NCBI GenBank assembly: GCA_963733375.1
Contig: CAVTDB010000013.1
Span: 64,001 to 128,000, forward strand
Reading direction: 5' to 3'
Length of the DNA: 64,000 nt
DNA from: Nitrospirota bacterium
GTDB taxonomy: Bacteria; Nitrospirota; JACRHJ01
The notes below the pieces were generated by a model. It saw only the letters and a list, made by a program, of their open reading frames with translations. It made no database searches and was not told the DNA's origin. Below are positions 1-11,249 of this stretch, one piece after another. Numbering within the stretch: position 1 is the stretch's first letter; each line of letters begins with the position of its first letter. The position numbers and the translations under genes were made by a program.

Positions 1-675
1 CTGGCTCGCCGCAAGGCGGCTTAAGGATTACCGCGGGCTGGCAAAGGCCGTCCCCGCCGCGGCGATAGGGCTTATAGCCTTCGAGATATTGCTTGGCGGG
101 TTCGTCGTGATGTTCGGCCTGCCCGTGCAACTCACGACGGTCCATTTCATGGTCGGGCTCGGCATGTTCACCCTGGTCTTCTATATGGCGGTATTCGACG
201 GGCATAAAAGGAAACCGGCCTTCTCGGCGGGCGGCATCGCGGGGCTCCTTCTGGGGCTGGGCGCGCTCGTGTACTTCCAGGCGGCGCTGGGCGCGTATGT
301 GCGGCATTCCGGCTCCGGGCTCGCCTGTCCGGACTTCCCATCCTGCCTGGGAAAGATACTGCCCCCGCTTTCCGACCCTAAGGTGCTCGCGCAATACTCG
401 CACAGGCTGGCGGCATTCCTGATTTTAGCCACAGCCCTGGTATTTTACGCATATGCCCTTGTCGATATCTCGGCTTCAAAGTTTAAAGTCTGGTCTCTTG
501 CGATACTGGGCCTGGTGGGGCCCAGATAATAGCCGGCGCGGTGGTCGTGATGTCCGGGCTGTATTTCGCGGCGACCGCCATCCACTTGGCGATCGCGCTG
601 GGGCTTTTGATGGTGATAGGCCGTCTCTGGGCGGACGAGGCCATAAAAGCTGACGAGAAGGAGTTTCTGCCATGA
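1..675 (+). CDS. ctaA: Heme A synthase COX15/CtaA family (5' truncated by window, frameshift near 520)
   Basis: Motifs LGAYVRHSGSGLACPDFPSC and QYSHRLAA; open from base 2; C-terminus continues in another frame to TGA 673-675. Confidence 0.8.
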
Positions 676-1592
676 ACCGCATGCATAAAGAAAACGGAGA
701 CCGCAAAATTCCCGCCGGAAGGAGTATCTGCCATAGCCTGGAGTGGAACAATCCTGAAACCCGGCATCGCCCCGGCCGCGGCTTTAGCCTCGCTTGCGGG
801 CATGTCGCTTGCCGCCAGGGGCCTGCCGTACACGCAGGCGTCGATAACGACCCTTTTCTGCGTCGTGTCGGCGGTATGCGGCTCAGGGCTTTTAAACGTC
901 CTGCTGGAGGAGAAGACGGACGCCCTGATGCCCAGGTGCGCCGCCCGGGGCCGGGCCCTGGACAGAGATCGGCAGAAAAAACGCGGCGATATTGGCCGCA
1001 GTTCTCATCAGCGCTTCCCTGGCCGTATCGTGGCTGGCCGTAAACAGGACCGTCTCCTTGATAATCGCCGCCGCGGTATTTTTGTATGCGGTCTTCTATA
1101 CCCTCTATTTAAAAAAGAATTCCCCGTTCGGGACAGTGCTTGGGGCCATCCCCGGTGCGCTCCCGGTGCTGGCGGGATACGCGTCGGTGGACGCAAAATC
1201 GGCCCGGCGGGCTGGATATTGTTCCTCGTTATGTTAGTCTGGCAGCCGCCGCACTTCCTTGCGCTCTCACTGAAATACCGGGATGAGTATGAGGCCGCCG
1301 GTTTTCCGGCGATGCCCGTGCGCCTGGGGGAGCGCTACGCCAAGGCGTCGTTATTCATGTACGCCACCGCGCTCCTGCCTTTGACGCTCTCTTTGGCGTG
1401 GTTCGGCTACTGCACGGTCTGGTTCGGCCTGGCGGCATTTGTCGCGGGGATTTTATTCCTTTTCCTCATATGGTCGTCCGTGATGAAAAAGCGGGAATTC
1501 GGAAGGGCTTTTTAATTTCCATCATGTATATCGCGGTGGTCCTGCTGGCCCTGGTCATAGACCAGAAATTCGGCCTTGAACGCCGCATTTGA
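672..1592 (+). CDS. ctaB: Protoheme IX farnesyltransferase (heme O synthase), frameshifted
   Basis: Fragments YTLYLKK..GAIPGALPVLAGY and WQPPHFLALSLKYRDEY spread across several frames. Confidence 0.8.
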
Positions 1593-1618
1593 CAGGGAAA
1601 CGCCTTTTCTGCTAAACT
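1589..1618 (+). promoter_or_regulatory. Putative sigma70 promoter
   Basis: TTGACA-N18-TAAACT with extended -10 TG. Confidence 0.45.
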
Positions 1619-1907
1619 AAAATGAGAAAAATACAATTCTTTACCAAAGAAGACTTTAGAGTAATATCCAATTAAGAACCTTCCACCAGTAGTCCGATGA
1701 AGTCCATAAAGAAATCGGGTCTTAAAAACCTGCTTAAACGCTAATTACAATTGATATGTCTTGCAGCGCGCCCCTGTGGAGCGGCTCCACAAGGGCGTCT
1801 GGGAAGCCGGGGACGGACAAACCATACAGAGACTTGTGCCGACACCCGAAGGTAAAATGCCCTTCCCGGCTTCCATGCCTGTGTCATCCGCGAACGGGGT
1901 CGAAACC

Positions 1908-3059
1908 ATGCGCGTAGTAATGTTCTATCACTCGATCGTCTCGGACTGGAACCACACGAACGCGCATTTCCTCCGGGGAGTGGTGACGGAGATGACGGCG
2001 CGCGGGCACGACGTGACGGTCTTCGAACCGAAGGACGGCTGGAGCAGACAGAGCCTTATGACGGAGCATGGCCGCGAGGCGCTTCGGAAGTTCCGGCGTG
2101 CGTACCCTCATATCAGTTACAGCTATTACAACACGGATAATATCAACCTCGACCTGGCGCTGGACGGCGCGGAACTGGTGATGGTCCACGAGTGGAACGA
2201 AAGGGCGCTGGTGTCGAAAATCGGGGAGCACCGGAAAAAGAGGGGGCGATATAAGCTCCTTTTCCACGACGCGCACCGCCGCGCCCTGGCCTCCACGGAT
2301 TCCATGTCCGGATATGACCTCTCCGGCTACGACGGCGTCCTTGCATATGGCGCGGCAATCCGCGATATCTATCTCTCGCGCGGCTGGGCCAGGGATGCAT
2401 GGGTGTGGCACGAAGCCGCGGACGTGCGGGTTTTCAGGCCGTTAAACGACAAGGAGCCCTGGGGAGACGTGGTCTTTATAGGAAACTGGGGCGAGGAGGG
2501 GCGGCTGGCCGGGATAATGGAGTTCCTGGTCGAGCCGGTGAAGGCGCTGGGCCTTAAGGCGCGGGTCTATGGGGCTGGCTACCCGGAAGAGGCGCAGAGG
2601 GAGTTTAAAAAGGCCGGGATAGAATATGGCGGCTGGCTTCCGAACTTCGAGGTGCCGCAGGTACTCTCACGCTATAAATTAACGGTACACATCCCCGAAA
2701 GGCCATACTCCGAGGCCCTGGCCGGAATACCCGCGATAGAACATTTTGAGGCCCTGGCCTGCGGCATCCCCCTATCTCGGCCCCCTGGAACGATGACGAA
2801 GGGCTTTTTGCCGAGGGGCGGGATTATCTTTGCGCAAAAGACGGCAAGGAGATGGCGGGGCTGATGGCGGAGCTGACAGCCGACGCGCAGTCTCAGGGAG
2901 AGGCTTTCAGAGCATGGGCTGATGACCGTCCTGACGTGGCATACGTGCGGACACAGGGTAAACGAGCTGATGGATGTGCTGATTAAGGTCTCAGGGGCAT
3001 GCAAGGTATCGAGGGGGAAAAAGGTCTCGAGAGAAAAAAAGCTGGCGGGCGCGCGGTAA
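1908..3059 (+). CDS. CgeB-family glycosyltransferase, frameshifted near 3' end
   Basis: MRVVMFYHSIVSDWNH..AHFLRG, WHEAADVRVF, FEALACGIP; C-terminal HTCGHRV in another frame. Confidence 0.75.
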
Positions 3060-3088
3060 GCCGGCCGGGAAATACGACGGGGGGGGAA

Positions 3089-4174
3089 ATGCGCATCGTA
3101 ATACTCGGTCTTTCCATAACTTCTTCCTGGGGCAACGGCCATGCCAACACCTATCGGGGCCTGGTGCGGGAGCTTTCCGCCTTTGGCCATGACGTCCTCT
3201 TCCTTGAGCGGGACATGCCGTGGTTCGCCCAGAACCGCGACCTCCCGGAGCCGCCGTACTGCCGGACCTATCTCTATAACGGCATACCCGAACTGAAGAA
3301 AAAGTTTACTGAGGATATAAGGGACGCGGACTGCGTCATCGTCGGCTCATGCGTGCCGGAAGGCGAGAAGGTGGGCGACCTCGTGACATCCAGGGCGCAG
3401 GGAGTGACGGCATTTTACGATATGGACGCCCCCGTCACACTCTCGTATCTGCAAAAAAATAAATGCAGCTACTTAACCCGCAAACAGGTAAGGAGTTACT
3501 GCCTCTACCTCTCCTCTACCTCCGGCCCGACCCTTGAAAGGATAGAGCGGGAGTTCGGCTCGCCTATGGCGCGCCCCCTTTTACTGTCTTCGGACCCGGA
3601 TAACTACTACCCGGAATGCGGCCAGCCCACATGGGACCTGGGGTATCTGGGGACGTACAGCCATGACCGCCAGACAGACCTTGAAGAACTGATGCTGAAG
3701 GCCGCCGGCACGCTCAAAACGAGGTCTTTCGTGGTGGCGGGGCCACGGTACCCGGAAGAGATAATCTGGCCGTTCAACGTGCAGAGGATAGAGCACCTGC
3801 CGCCGGATATGCACAGGAAGTTCTACAACCAGCAGAGGTTCACCCTTAACGTCACCCGCTCCGACATGAAAAAGGCGGGCTACTCCCCGTCCGCGCGCCT
3901 TTTCGAGGCGGCGGCCTGCGGCACGCCGATTATAAGCGACCTGTGGGAAGGCTTAAGCGATATCTTTGAGCCTGGAAGAGAGGTGCTTGTCTCGCGCTCG
4001 GCGGAGGAGACGATGGACTACCTGCTTTACCTGCCCGAGAGTGAAAGGGTAACGATGGGGATCCGGGCCAGGGAGCGTGTTTTAAGCTCTCATACCGCCG
4101 TACACAGGGCGGCCGAGCTTGAAAAATATATCAAACAGGCGGCATATGCGGGAGAATATCAAAAGGCGGGATAA
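3089..4174 (+). CDS. CgeB-family glycosyltransferase
   Basis: MRIVILGLSITSSWGNGHA, SARLFEAAACGTPIISD. Confidence 0.8.
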   Translation: MRIVILGLSITSSWGNGHANTYRGLVRELSAFGHDVLFLERDMPWFAQNRDLPEPPYCRTYLYNGIPELKKKFTEDIRDADCVIVGSCVPEGEKVGDLVTSRAQGVTAFYDMDAPVTLSYLQKNKCSYLTRKQVRSYCLYLSSTSGPTLERIEREFGSPMARPLLLSSDPDNYYPECGQPTWDLGYLGTYSHDRQTDLEELMLKAAGTLKTRSFVVAGPRYPEEIIWPFNVQRIEHLPPDMHRKFYNQQRFTLNVTRSDMKKAGYSPSARLFEAAACGTPIISDLWEGLSDIFEPGREVLVSRSAEETMDYLLYLPESERVTMGIRARERVLSSHTAVHRAAELEKYIKQAAYAGEYQKAG

Positions 4175-4605
4175 ACCGACCGGACTCCGCCTTCTTTTTA
4201 AGCTCCCTCAGCATCGTTGCGGTAACTTTGCGTATCCTGGCCGCCGGCAGCATCATCAAGAACGGCCTCAGGCCGGCGAACCTCTCCCTGCTTACGACCT
4301 GCACGGCTCCGCCCAGGTCCGTAAACAGAAACTCGTGCTTTGCGGATACCCCGAATTTCCTGGCCGACCAGACCACCTGGTCGTGCGGCACCACGCACTC
4401 GACCAGGGGCTTTATCGAAAACGGCAGCGCGTAAAGTCTTATTTTAAGCGACAGCCTCTGCCCCTCGGAAATGAAATAACAGACCCTCCGGTCTCGCGGC
4501 CTCCTTCATGGAATGGTTCCACTGGTTCCAGCACGCAAGGTCGGTGAAGATGTCCCAGACGCGGTCCATCCCGGAGAATATAGTCACGGATTCGACTATT
4601 TCCAT
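4131..4605 (-). CDS. SRPBCC/polyketide cyclase-like protein, frameshifted
   Basis: Hand translation MEIVESVTIFSGMDRVWDIFTDLACWNQWN joins QVVWSARKFGVSAKHEFLF..RERFAG. Confidence 0.6.
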
Positions 4606-4617
4606 CGGGTAATTATA

Positions 4618-6587
4618 TCACACCCGGACCGGCATCAGCATGATGGGTATGCCCTGGTTGTAGAAGTAGCGCTGGACCGCGAAGATGGTGTAGTTGTGGA
4701 GCATCCCGGTGAATATGTTGGGGTTCGGGAAAACTAACTGTCCGCCGAAGAAGGTGACGTTCGGGAAGCGTTCGAGTATTTTTGGGGAGACCTTCGATAT
4801 CTCGCCTACGACGTCCGTGCCGAACGAGGAGTAGCCCTCCGCGTAAAGGCCATGCGTCCGGGCCAGCTTCACGTATTTGTCCAGGTCTTCGTTTACCTTC
4901 TTCTTGAGGGCCTCCAGCTCTTCCGCGCCCTTGAAAGTGCCCGCGTCCACTATGCCCACTTCGATAAACACGAAGTTCTTGAACGTCCCTCCGAACTGGC
5001 GGATGACGTTTAAGAACGTGTGCAGCCCCAGGCCGTTATATCCGCTGACCAGGATAATCGCCGTCTTCGCCCTGGGGTCGGCGGCTGGCGCGTTGCCCGC
5101 CGTCTTCGCCGGGGCCTCATGGATACTGTACCCCGCCGCCTCGACAAGCGAGTCCAGCCTGGCTAAGGAGCTTGGCGGTATTTAGGTAATGCCTTTTTAT
5201 CAGTAACGCCATGCCTATCAGTACCCCTGTTATGACTATCGTTATCCAGCCGCCTTCCGTGAATTTCAGTATGACGACCGAGACGAGTATGAAGGAGGTC
5301 AGGGAAAGTCCCAGCCCGTTTATGAAAAGCTTTTTCCTCCAGTGCTCAGCAACGCCGCGCTCGATCCACCAGTGCCGCACCATGCCGAGCTGGGACAGTG
5401 AAAACGTTATGAAGACGTTTATGGAGTAGAGCACCACGAGAAAACCCACCGAGCCCCTGGTAATCACCATCATCAGGAAGGCGACCAGCCCCATTATGAA
5501 TATGCCCTTCTGGGTGACGAGCCTGTCGGAAAACGTCGCGAACTTGGTCGGGAACCAGCGGTCGAGCGCCATGTTCGCCAGGACCCTCGGCCCGTCCAGG
5601 AAGCCCGCCTGGGCCGCGACCAGGAGCAGTATCGCCTCCGAGACCAGGGTAACGATCAGCAGGACGTATCCCCCGGTGCCCCAGCCTTTCGTGACCGACT
5701 CGTACAGCACGGCGTTCAGGGTCTTGCCATGTACGGGGTGAACGCCGTAGAGCAGGTAGGCGACCATCAGGCCCACGACCATGAACGAAAGCGAAAAGGC
5801 CATGTACCGCATGGTATGTTTGCCCGTCTTCACCTTCGGCTCGCGTAGGATGGGCAGGCCGTTACTGACGGCCTCGATGCCGGTAAAGGTGCCCGCGCCC
5901 ATGCTGTACGCCCTGAGGATCAAGAAAATCATCCCGAAAGTCCCGAGGGCCGACCGGGTACTATGCACGTCCGCCCTCGTCGCGGCCATCATTGCCGGGA
6001 AATGCCCGGAGTTGGCCGCCACCGCATAGACGATGAAAAAGATGTGGGTCAGGAGGAAGACCATGAACAGGGGCACGAGCGGGAGGACCGATTCCTTGAC
6101 GCCCCGCATGTTCATTACCGTCATGCAAAGCAGCGCAAAAAAGGCGAAATAGAGCTTGTACGGAAGCCATGCCGCCGGCAGGAAACTGAAGATGGAGTCC
6201 GCGCCGGCGGCTATGGAGATGGTGATGGTCAGGACGTAGTCTATCAGCAGCGCGCAGCCGGAAACCATGCCCGCTTTCGGGGAGAGGAGCTTGCTCGCCA
6301 CCAGGTATCCGCCGCCGCCGGTCGGGAAAAGCTCTATTATCTGCGAGTAGCTGGTGCTGATTATGAATACGGTAACGCCGGAGGCGATGGCGACGAAGAG
6401 CGCCAGGTGCGGGTGGCTCTAAGAGGGCGAGGAAGGCCTCCTCGGGGCCGTAAGAGGAGGAGGACAGCCCGTCCGCGCCGAGGCCCACCCAGGCGAAGAA
6501 GGCGATAAGCGAGACGTTGTGGAAGACGTGCGGGTCGTAAATGTCGCGCGCGCCGCCGATGACAACCTTCTTTAGCCAGCCGAACAT
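4618..6587 (-). CDS. kimA: APC-family permease, KimA/YdaO-like K+ transporter (frameshifted into 3 ORFs)
   Basis: GADGLSSSSYGPEE, LLIDYVLT, TFTGIEAVSNG motifs; cytosolic C-terminal domain; upstream c-di-AMP riboswitch. Confidence 0.7.
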
Positions 6588-6607
6588 GTGGATTATTATA
6601 ACTCCTG

Positions 6608-6640
6608 AAAAAGAAAGCCGCCGGCAAGACCGGTGGCTTT
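6608..6640 (-). terminator. Intrinsic terminator, expression platform of riboswitch
   Basis: Minus strand AAAGCCACCGG-TCTTG-CCGGCGGCTTT-CTTTTT. Confidence 0.75.
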
Positions 6641-6667
6641 TGGCTGCTGCCCGGGGTTGCTCTCCAA

Positions 6668-6820
6668 ATGCCTGCGAGGTTAGCTGCCGGGCTCAGGCTT
6701 GATAGTACCTTATCCCTTAGAAAGAGCCCGATAAACCGGGCAGCTTGAAAAAGGGAATTCGCCCCGTAAACTTTGGGTCCCCCGCATCCTTCCGGGTTTG
6801 CCCGGAAGAATTTCGGCCGC
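6668..6820 (-). ncRNA. c-di-AMP (ydaO/yuaA) riboswitch
   Basis: Minus strand GCCGAAATTC..GGATGCGGGGGACCC..GGGGCGAATTCCC..GGGATAAGG..CCTGAGCCCGGCAGCTAACCTCGCAGGCAT matches the family consensus; upstream of a ydaO-like gene. Confidence 0.9.
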
Positions 6821-6913
6821 AATTATTTAAAAACGGGATTAAAATAGTCCTGTTTTTATACGTTGTCAAGAATTTTTATAAAGAGCGACGCCTGATGAAT
6901 TTTTCGGAAAATG

Positions 6914-6942
6914 TTGACTATCGCGGCTATTAAAAATAGAAT
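6914..6942 (+). promoter_or_regulatory. sigma70 promoter of trmFO (probably leaderless)
   Basis: TTGACT-N17-TAGAAT, 8 nt before ATG. Confidence 0.55.
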
Positions 6943-6950
6943 GTCTTAAT

Positions 6951-8263
6951 ATGACTGAGAAAATATTGACTGTAATCGGCGGCGGGCTTGCCGGGTCGGA
7001 GGCGGCCTGGGCCGCGGCCAGACGCGGGATAAAGGTGCGGCTTTTCGAGATGCGGCCCGGGACCATGACCCCGGCGCACAAGACGGGGCATCTGGCGGAG
7101 CTGGTATGCTCAAACTCGCTAAGGTCCCTGGACCTGCATAACGCGGTCGGCCTTCTAAAGGAAGAGATGCGGAGCCTCGGCTCGCTCGTTATGGAGGCGG
7201 CGGACAGGACTGCCGTCCCCGCCGGTAGCGCCCTTGCCGTGGACCGGGAGGCCTTCGGCAGATATATAACCGACGCAATCCTTGGCCATCCCGGTATAGA
7301 GGTAATCAGGCAGGAGATAGCCCAGGTCCCGGAGCCTGTCTCGGTAATCGCCACGGGTCCTCTGACGTCCGACAAGATGGCGGACGCAATAGGCCGCGCT
7401 TACCGGGACGGAGCACCTGCATTTCTATGACGCCATCGCGCCCATAATCGACGCCGATTCCGTTGATATGGATATTGCCTTTCGTGCCTCGCGCTACGGC
7501 AAGGGCGGGGACGACTACGTCAACTGCCCGATGACAAAGGAGCAGTACGACGCCTTTTACGACGCGCTCTCTACAGCCGAGAAGGCCCCGGTGCGCGAGT
7601 TCGAGAACATGCGCTGCTTCGAGGGCTGCATGCCCATAGAGACGATGGCGGAGCGCGGCCGGGAGACGCTGGCGCACGGCCCGATGAAGCCGGTGGGGAT
7701 TACAGACCCTAAAACGGGCGGACGGCCTTACGCGGTCGTCCAGCTGCGGGCCGAGGACGCGGAGCGGACGGCGTATAATATCGTCGGTTTCCAGACCCGG
7801 CTTAAATGGCCAGAACAGGCAAGGGTATTCAGGATGATACCGGGGCTTCAAAACGTGAAATTTATAAGGTACGGGAGCCTGCACCGGAACACGTTCATAA
7901 ACGGCCCATTGTTCCTTGAGCCTACCCTTGAGATGAAGGGGCGGCCGGGTCTTTTCTTCGCCGGGCAGGTATCGGGCGTGGAAGGGTACGTCGAGTCCTC
8001 CGCGATGGGCATACTCGCGGGTATTAACGCGGCGCGTCTTATAAAAGGGCTGGCCCTGGTGACTCCGCCGGAGACGACGGCGCACGGGGCGCTTATCACG
8101 CACCTGACCAAGACGGAGCCCGGCCGCTTCCAGCCGACGAACGTGATTTTTTCCCTTTTCCCGCCGCTCGACGTGAAGGTGAAGAAAAAAGAGGAGCGGC
8201 GTGAGCTGTTGGTGAAAAGGGCGCTTAGCGGATCTGGAAGCGTGGAAGAACAACCTGGACTGA
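6951..8263 (+). CDS. trmFO: Folate-dependent tRNA U54 methyltransferase TrmFO (frameshifts near 7410 and 8228)
   Basis: [41 protein letters not shown]; true stop TGA 8261-8263. Confidence 0.92.
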
Positions 8264-8280
8264 TTCCGGGAGGTTTACAA

Positions 8281-9708
8281 ATGTTTGAAGAACTCGATGA
8301 ACTAAAAAAACACCTGGACAGCCTGCGCCCGATAGACGCGGACAAGATGGCGGCCATGCAGGAAAAGCTTAAAATAGATTGGACATACAACAGCAACGCA
8401 ATAGAAGGAAACAAGCTGTCTTTGCAGGAAAAGGCATTCTTTTTGAGGGAAGGTCTTACCTAGAAGGGAAAACGACTCTCGGAATTTCTGGAAGCAAAGG
8501 ACCATGTCGAGGCCATTTCGTTCCTGGAAGAGGTAGTACAGGAAAAGAAGCCTTTAACAGAAAGGCTGATAAAAGATTTACACGCAATAGTTATGCAGGA
8601 CAACAAGTATGTATGGATAGGCTCGCCCGAAAATAGGATAAAGAAAAGGATTGAATCTGGAAATTACAAGTACGACAACAACGATGTGGTGAAACTCGGC
8701 GGCACCATACATTATTACAAGGACTATTTGCAGGTTCAGGGAGAGATGGAGGCCTTGATAAAATGGTATCAGGAAAACAAAGTTCATAGGGTAGAGCTGG
8801 CGGCCAGGCTCGACGATAAGCTAGTGGCAATACATCCTTTTACGGAAGGTAATGGGCGAGTGTAGAGGCTAGTTATGAACATGATATTGATGCAGGAAGG
8901 CTATGAACGAGCAATAATACGAAACGAAGACAAGATGGAATACTAACAGGCGTTGGACCTCGCGGACAAGGGCGACTACGGTACTTTTATTGCAATAGTC
9001 GAGAGGGAAGATTACAGGACGATGAAGATGGTCATAGACGTAATAGAAGGCAGTGAGGCATTAGGAAAAGAAGATCTGAAACGCATGATAGAAGGTTTTT
9101 AGGAGGAAGTTACAAAACTGGATAAGGATATTGGTGTTATATCTAAGAATGTTGATGATAATATTAGAAAGAAAAACATAGAAAATATTTTATCTTATTT
9201 AGAGGAAACTGCTAAAGGCATAATAGATGAAAACGCAACTAAAGAAAGGATTTTTTTTATAGAATCTCGTAATAATTAGAAATAGTTGGTTGAATCATTT
9301 CTTACACTTTTTTGTTTAAATCAAAATATAAAACAGATATGGTGGGAGAAAGAATCATGGGAAGATAAAGGTCATTTTAAGTGTACAATAGAAGAAGGTT
9401 GCGGTTTTATGATAGTTTTGTAGAGCAGAAGAATGTATATACGCTCCTCGACGCTCCTTTTTGGAGTAATTCCTCGAAAGTATAAATGTATTTTAGTTGC
9501 TTTTTCAAAAGTATCAGGTTTTTTAAGTGACAGTGAGAGTGAGATTATTGGCAAAGATATAAAAGAAAAACACATTGAATTGGGGAATGTTTGGGGTGAT
9601 TATGATAAAAAAGTTCTCGAAGAATTTTTCGTCGATGTGTTTAAAACTTTTATTAAAACTATAAAAAAAGAAATAGAAATAAGAAGGCATATAGCATCAA
9701 ATGACTGA
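8281..9708 (+). pseudogene. Class II Fic-domain protein with C-terminal extension; single frame, 7 in-frame stops
   Basis: [11 protein letters not shown] inhibitory motif and IHPFTEGNGRV*R; stops at 8461, 8863, 8944, 9100, 9277, 9283, 9421. Confidence 0.85.
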
Positions 9709-10603
9709 TTATCTTTCAGAGTTCTTGAACTACCTGCGCTACGAGAGAGGCGCGTCGGAGAACACCGTCGTCAGCTATGAGAACGACCTCCGGCAGTTCG
9801 TCCTTCACCTGAAAGGTTCGGGCGATGCGGAGCCGGACCTCTTAACGGTGGATAACCTGGACGTGCGGGGGTTTCTCGCGTCTTTGGTGAAGCAGGGACT
9901 TAAAAAATCGTCGGCCCAGAGGAAGCTCGCCGGCATAAGGAGTTTCTACCGCTATCTTTTCCGCGAGGGCTTAATCGAGAAGAACCCGGCGAAGGTCGTG
10001 GCGACGCCAAGGAAGGAAAAATCCCAGCCGTCCGTGCTATCGGTGGACGACGCGGTGATGCTTGTCGAAGCCCCGCGCGGGGATACGCTGGACGGCCTTC
10101 GCGACCGGGCTATACTTGAGATATTCTACTCGGCGGGCGTAAGGATATCGGAGCTTCAGGGTCTTAACCGGGAGCAGGTGGACCTGCCTCAGGGTTTGGC
10201 CAGGGTGACTGGAAAGGGAAATAAGGAGCGGTTCGTGCCGCTTGGGGCGAAGGCGGTTGCCGCTATATCCGCGTATATTTCCGCGTTAGACGCGGAGAAC
10301 AAGGTTGACATCTCGGCCCCGGACGTACCCCTGTTCCTGAACAAGTACAGCCTTCGGCTGTCCGTGCGGGGCGTGCGGCGGGTCGTGATGAAATACGTCG
10401 GCGAAAAACTTATACGGGGTAAGGTCTCGCCGCATACGCTCCGGCATACCTTCGCCACGCACCTGCTCGGAGCGGGCGCGGACCTCCGGTCGATCCAGGA
10501 GATGCTGGGCCATGTGTCGCTCTCCACGACGCAGAAGTACACGCACCTGGACCTGGAGAAGCTGATGAACGTTTACGACAAAGCCCATCCGAGGGCGAAA
10601 TAG
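9701..10603 (+). CDS. xerC: Tyrosine recombinase XerC
   Basis: RDRAILE, GKGNKER, HTLRHTFATHLL, LGHVSLSTTQKY; trmFO-xerC-hslVU synteny. Confidence 0.9.
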   Translation: MTDYLSEFLNYLRYERGASENTVVSYENDLRQFVLHLKGSGDAEPDLLTVDNLDVRGFLASLVKQGLKKSSAQRKLAGIRSFYRYLFREGLIEKNPAKVVATPRKEKSQPSVLSVDDAVMLVEAPRGDTLDGLRDRAILEIFYSAGVRISELQGLNREQVDLPQGLARVTGKGNKERFVPLGAKAVAAISAYISALDAENKVDISAPDVPLFLNKYSLRLSVRGVRRVVMKYVGEKLIRGKVSPHTLRHTFATHLLGAGADLRSIQEMLGHVSLSTTQKYTHLDLEKLMNVYDKAHPRAK

Positions 10604-10608
10604 AACGA

Positions 10609-10702
10609 CCGCTACCTTTTTGGAAAAAGGTAGCACCAAAAACTTTTAGACTTTAACCCCCGCTTTCTTTTGCTACTTTTCTTTCCCGTGAAAGAAAAGT
10701 AG
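10609..10702. repeat. Double-hairpin REPIN/MITE-like repeat, copy A
   Basis: GCTACCTTTTT-GG-AAAAAGGTAGC ... CTACTTTTCTTT-cccgtg-AAAGAAAAGTAG. Confidence 0.85.
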
Positions 10703-10718
10703 AGAAAGGGTTTTTTCT

Positions 10719-11246
10719 ATGATGCACGGAACTACGATATTATGCGTGAGGCGCGACGGTAAGGTCTCCATCGGGGGCGACGGGCAGGTCACGATGGGCG
10801 CGACGGTAATGAAGCACAACGCGCGCAAGGTCCGGAAGCTGTATAATAACACGATACTGGCCGGTTTTGCCGGGGCGACCGCGGACGCGTTCACCCTTAT
10901 CGAGAAGTTCGAGGGCAGGATCGAGGAATACCACGGCAACATAGCGCGCGCGGCGGTCGAGCTCGCCAAGGAATGGCGTACGAACAAGATGCTCCGCCAG
11001 CTGGAGGCCCTGCTGATAGTCGCGGACAAGGAGCATACGTTCATCATCTCCGGCACCGGCGACGTGATAGAGCCGGAAGACGGCATCGCGGCCATAGGCT
11101 CCGGCGGGCCGTTCGCCCAGGCGGCGGCGCAGGCGCTTATTAAGCACTCGTCTCTTGACTCGCAGGGCGTGGTGACGGAGGCCATGGAGATCGCGTCGAA
11201 GATTTGCATATACACGAACTCAAACCTTATTATAGAGGAGCTTTAA
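10719..11246 (+). CDS. hslV: ATP-dependent protease subunit HslV
   Basis: [22 protein letters not shown]. Confidence 0.95.
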   Translation: MMHGTTILCVRRDGKVSIGGDGQVTMGATVMKHNARKVRKLYNNTILAGFAGATADAFTLIEKFEGRIEEYHGNIARAAVELAKEWRTNKMLRQLEALLIVADKEHTFIISGTGDVIEPEDGIAAIGSGGPFAQAAAQALIKHSSLDSQGVVTEAMEIASKICIYTNSNLIIEEL

Positions 11247-11249
11247 AAG

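Noticed and set aside
7468-8463. TrmFO-Fic fusion ORF
   Set aside because: Artefact of a frameshift near 8228; trmFO ends at TGA 8263 and Fic has its own GGAGG RBS.
9701-10603. Phage or integron integrase
   Set aside because: Sequence and trmFO-xerC-hslVU context indicate housekeeping XerC.
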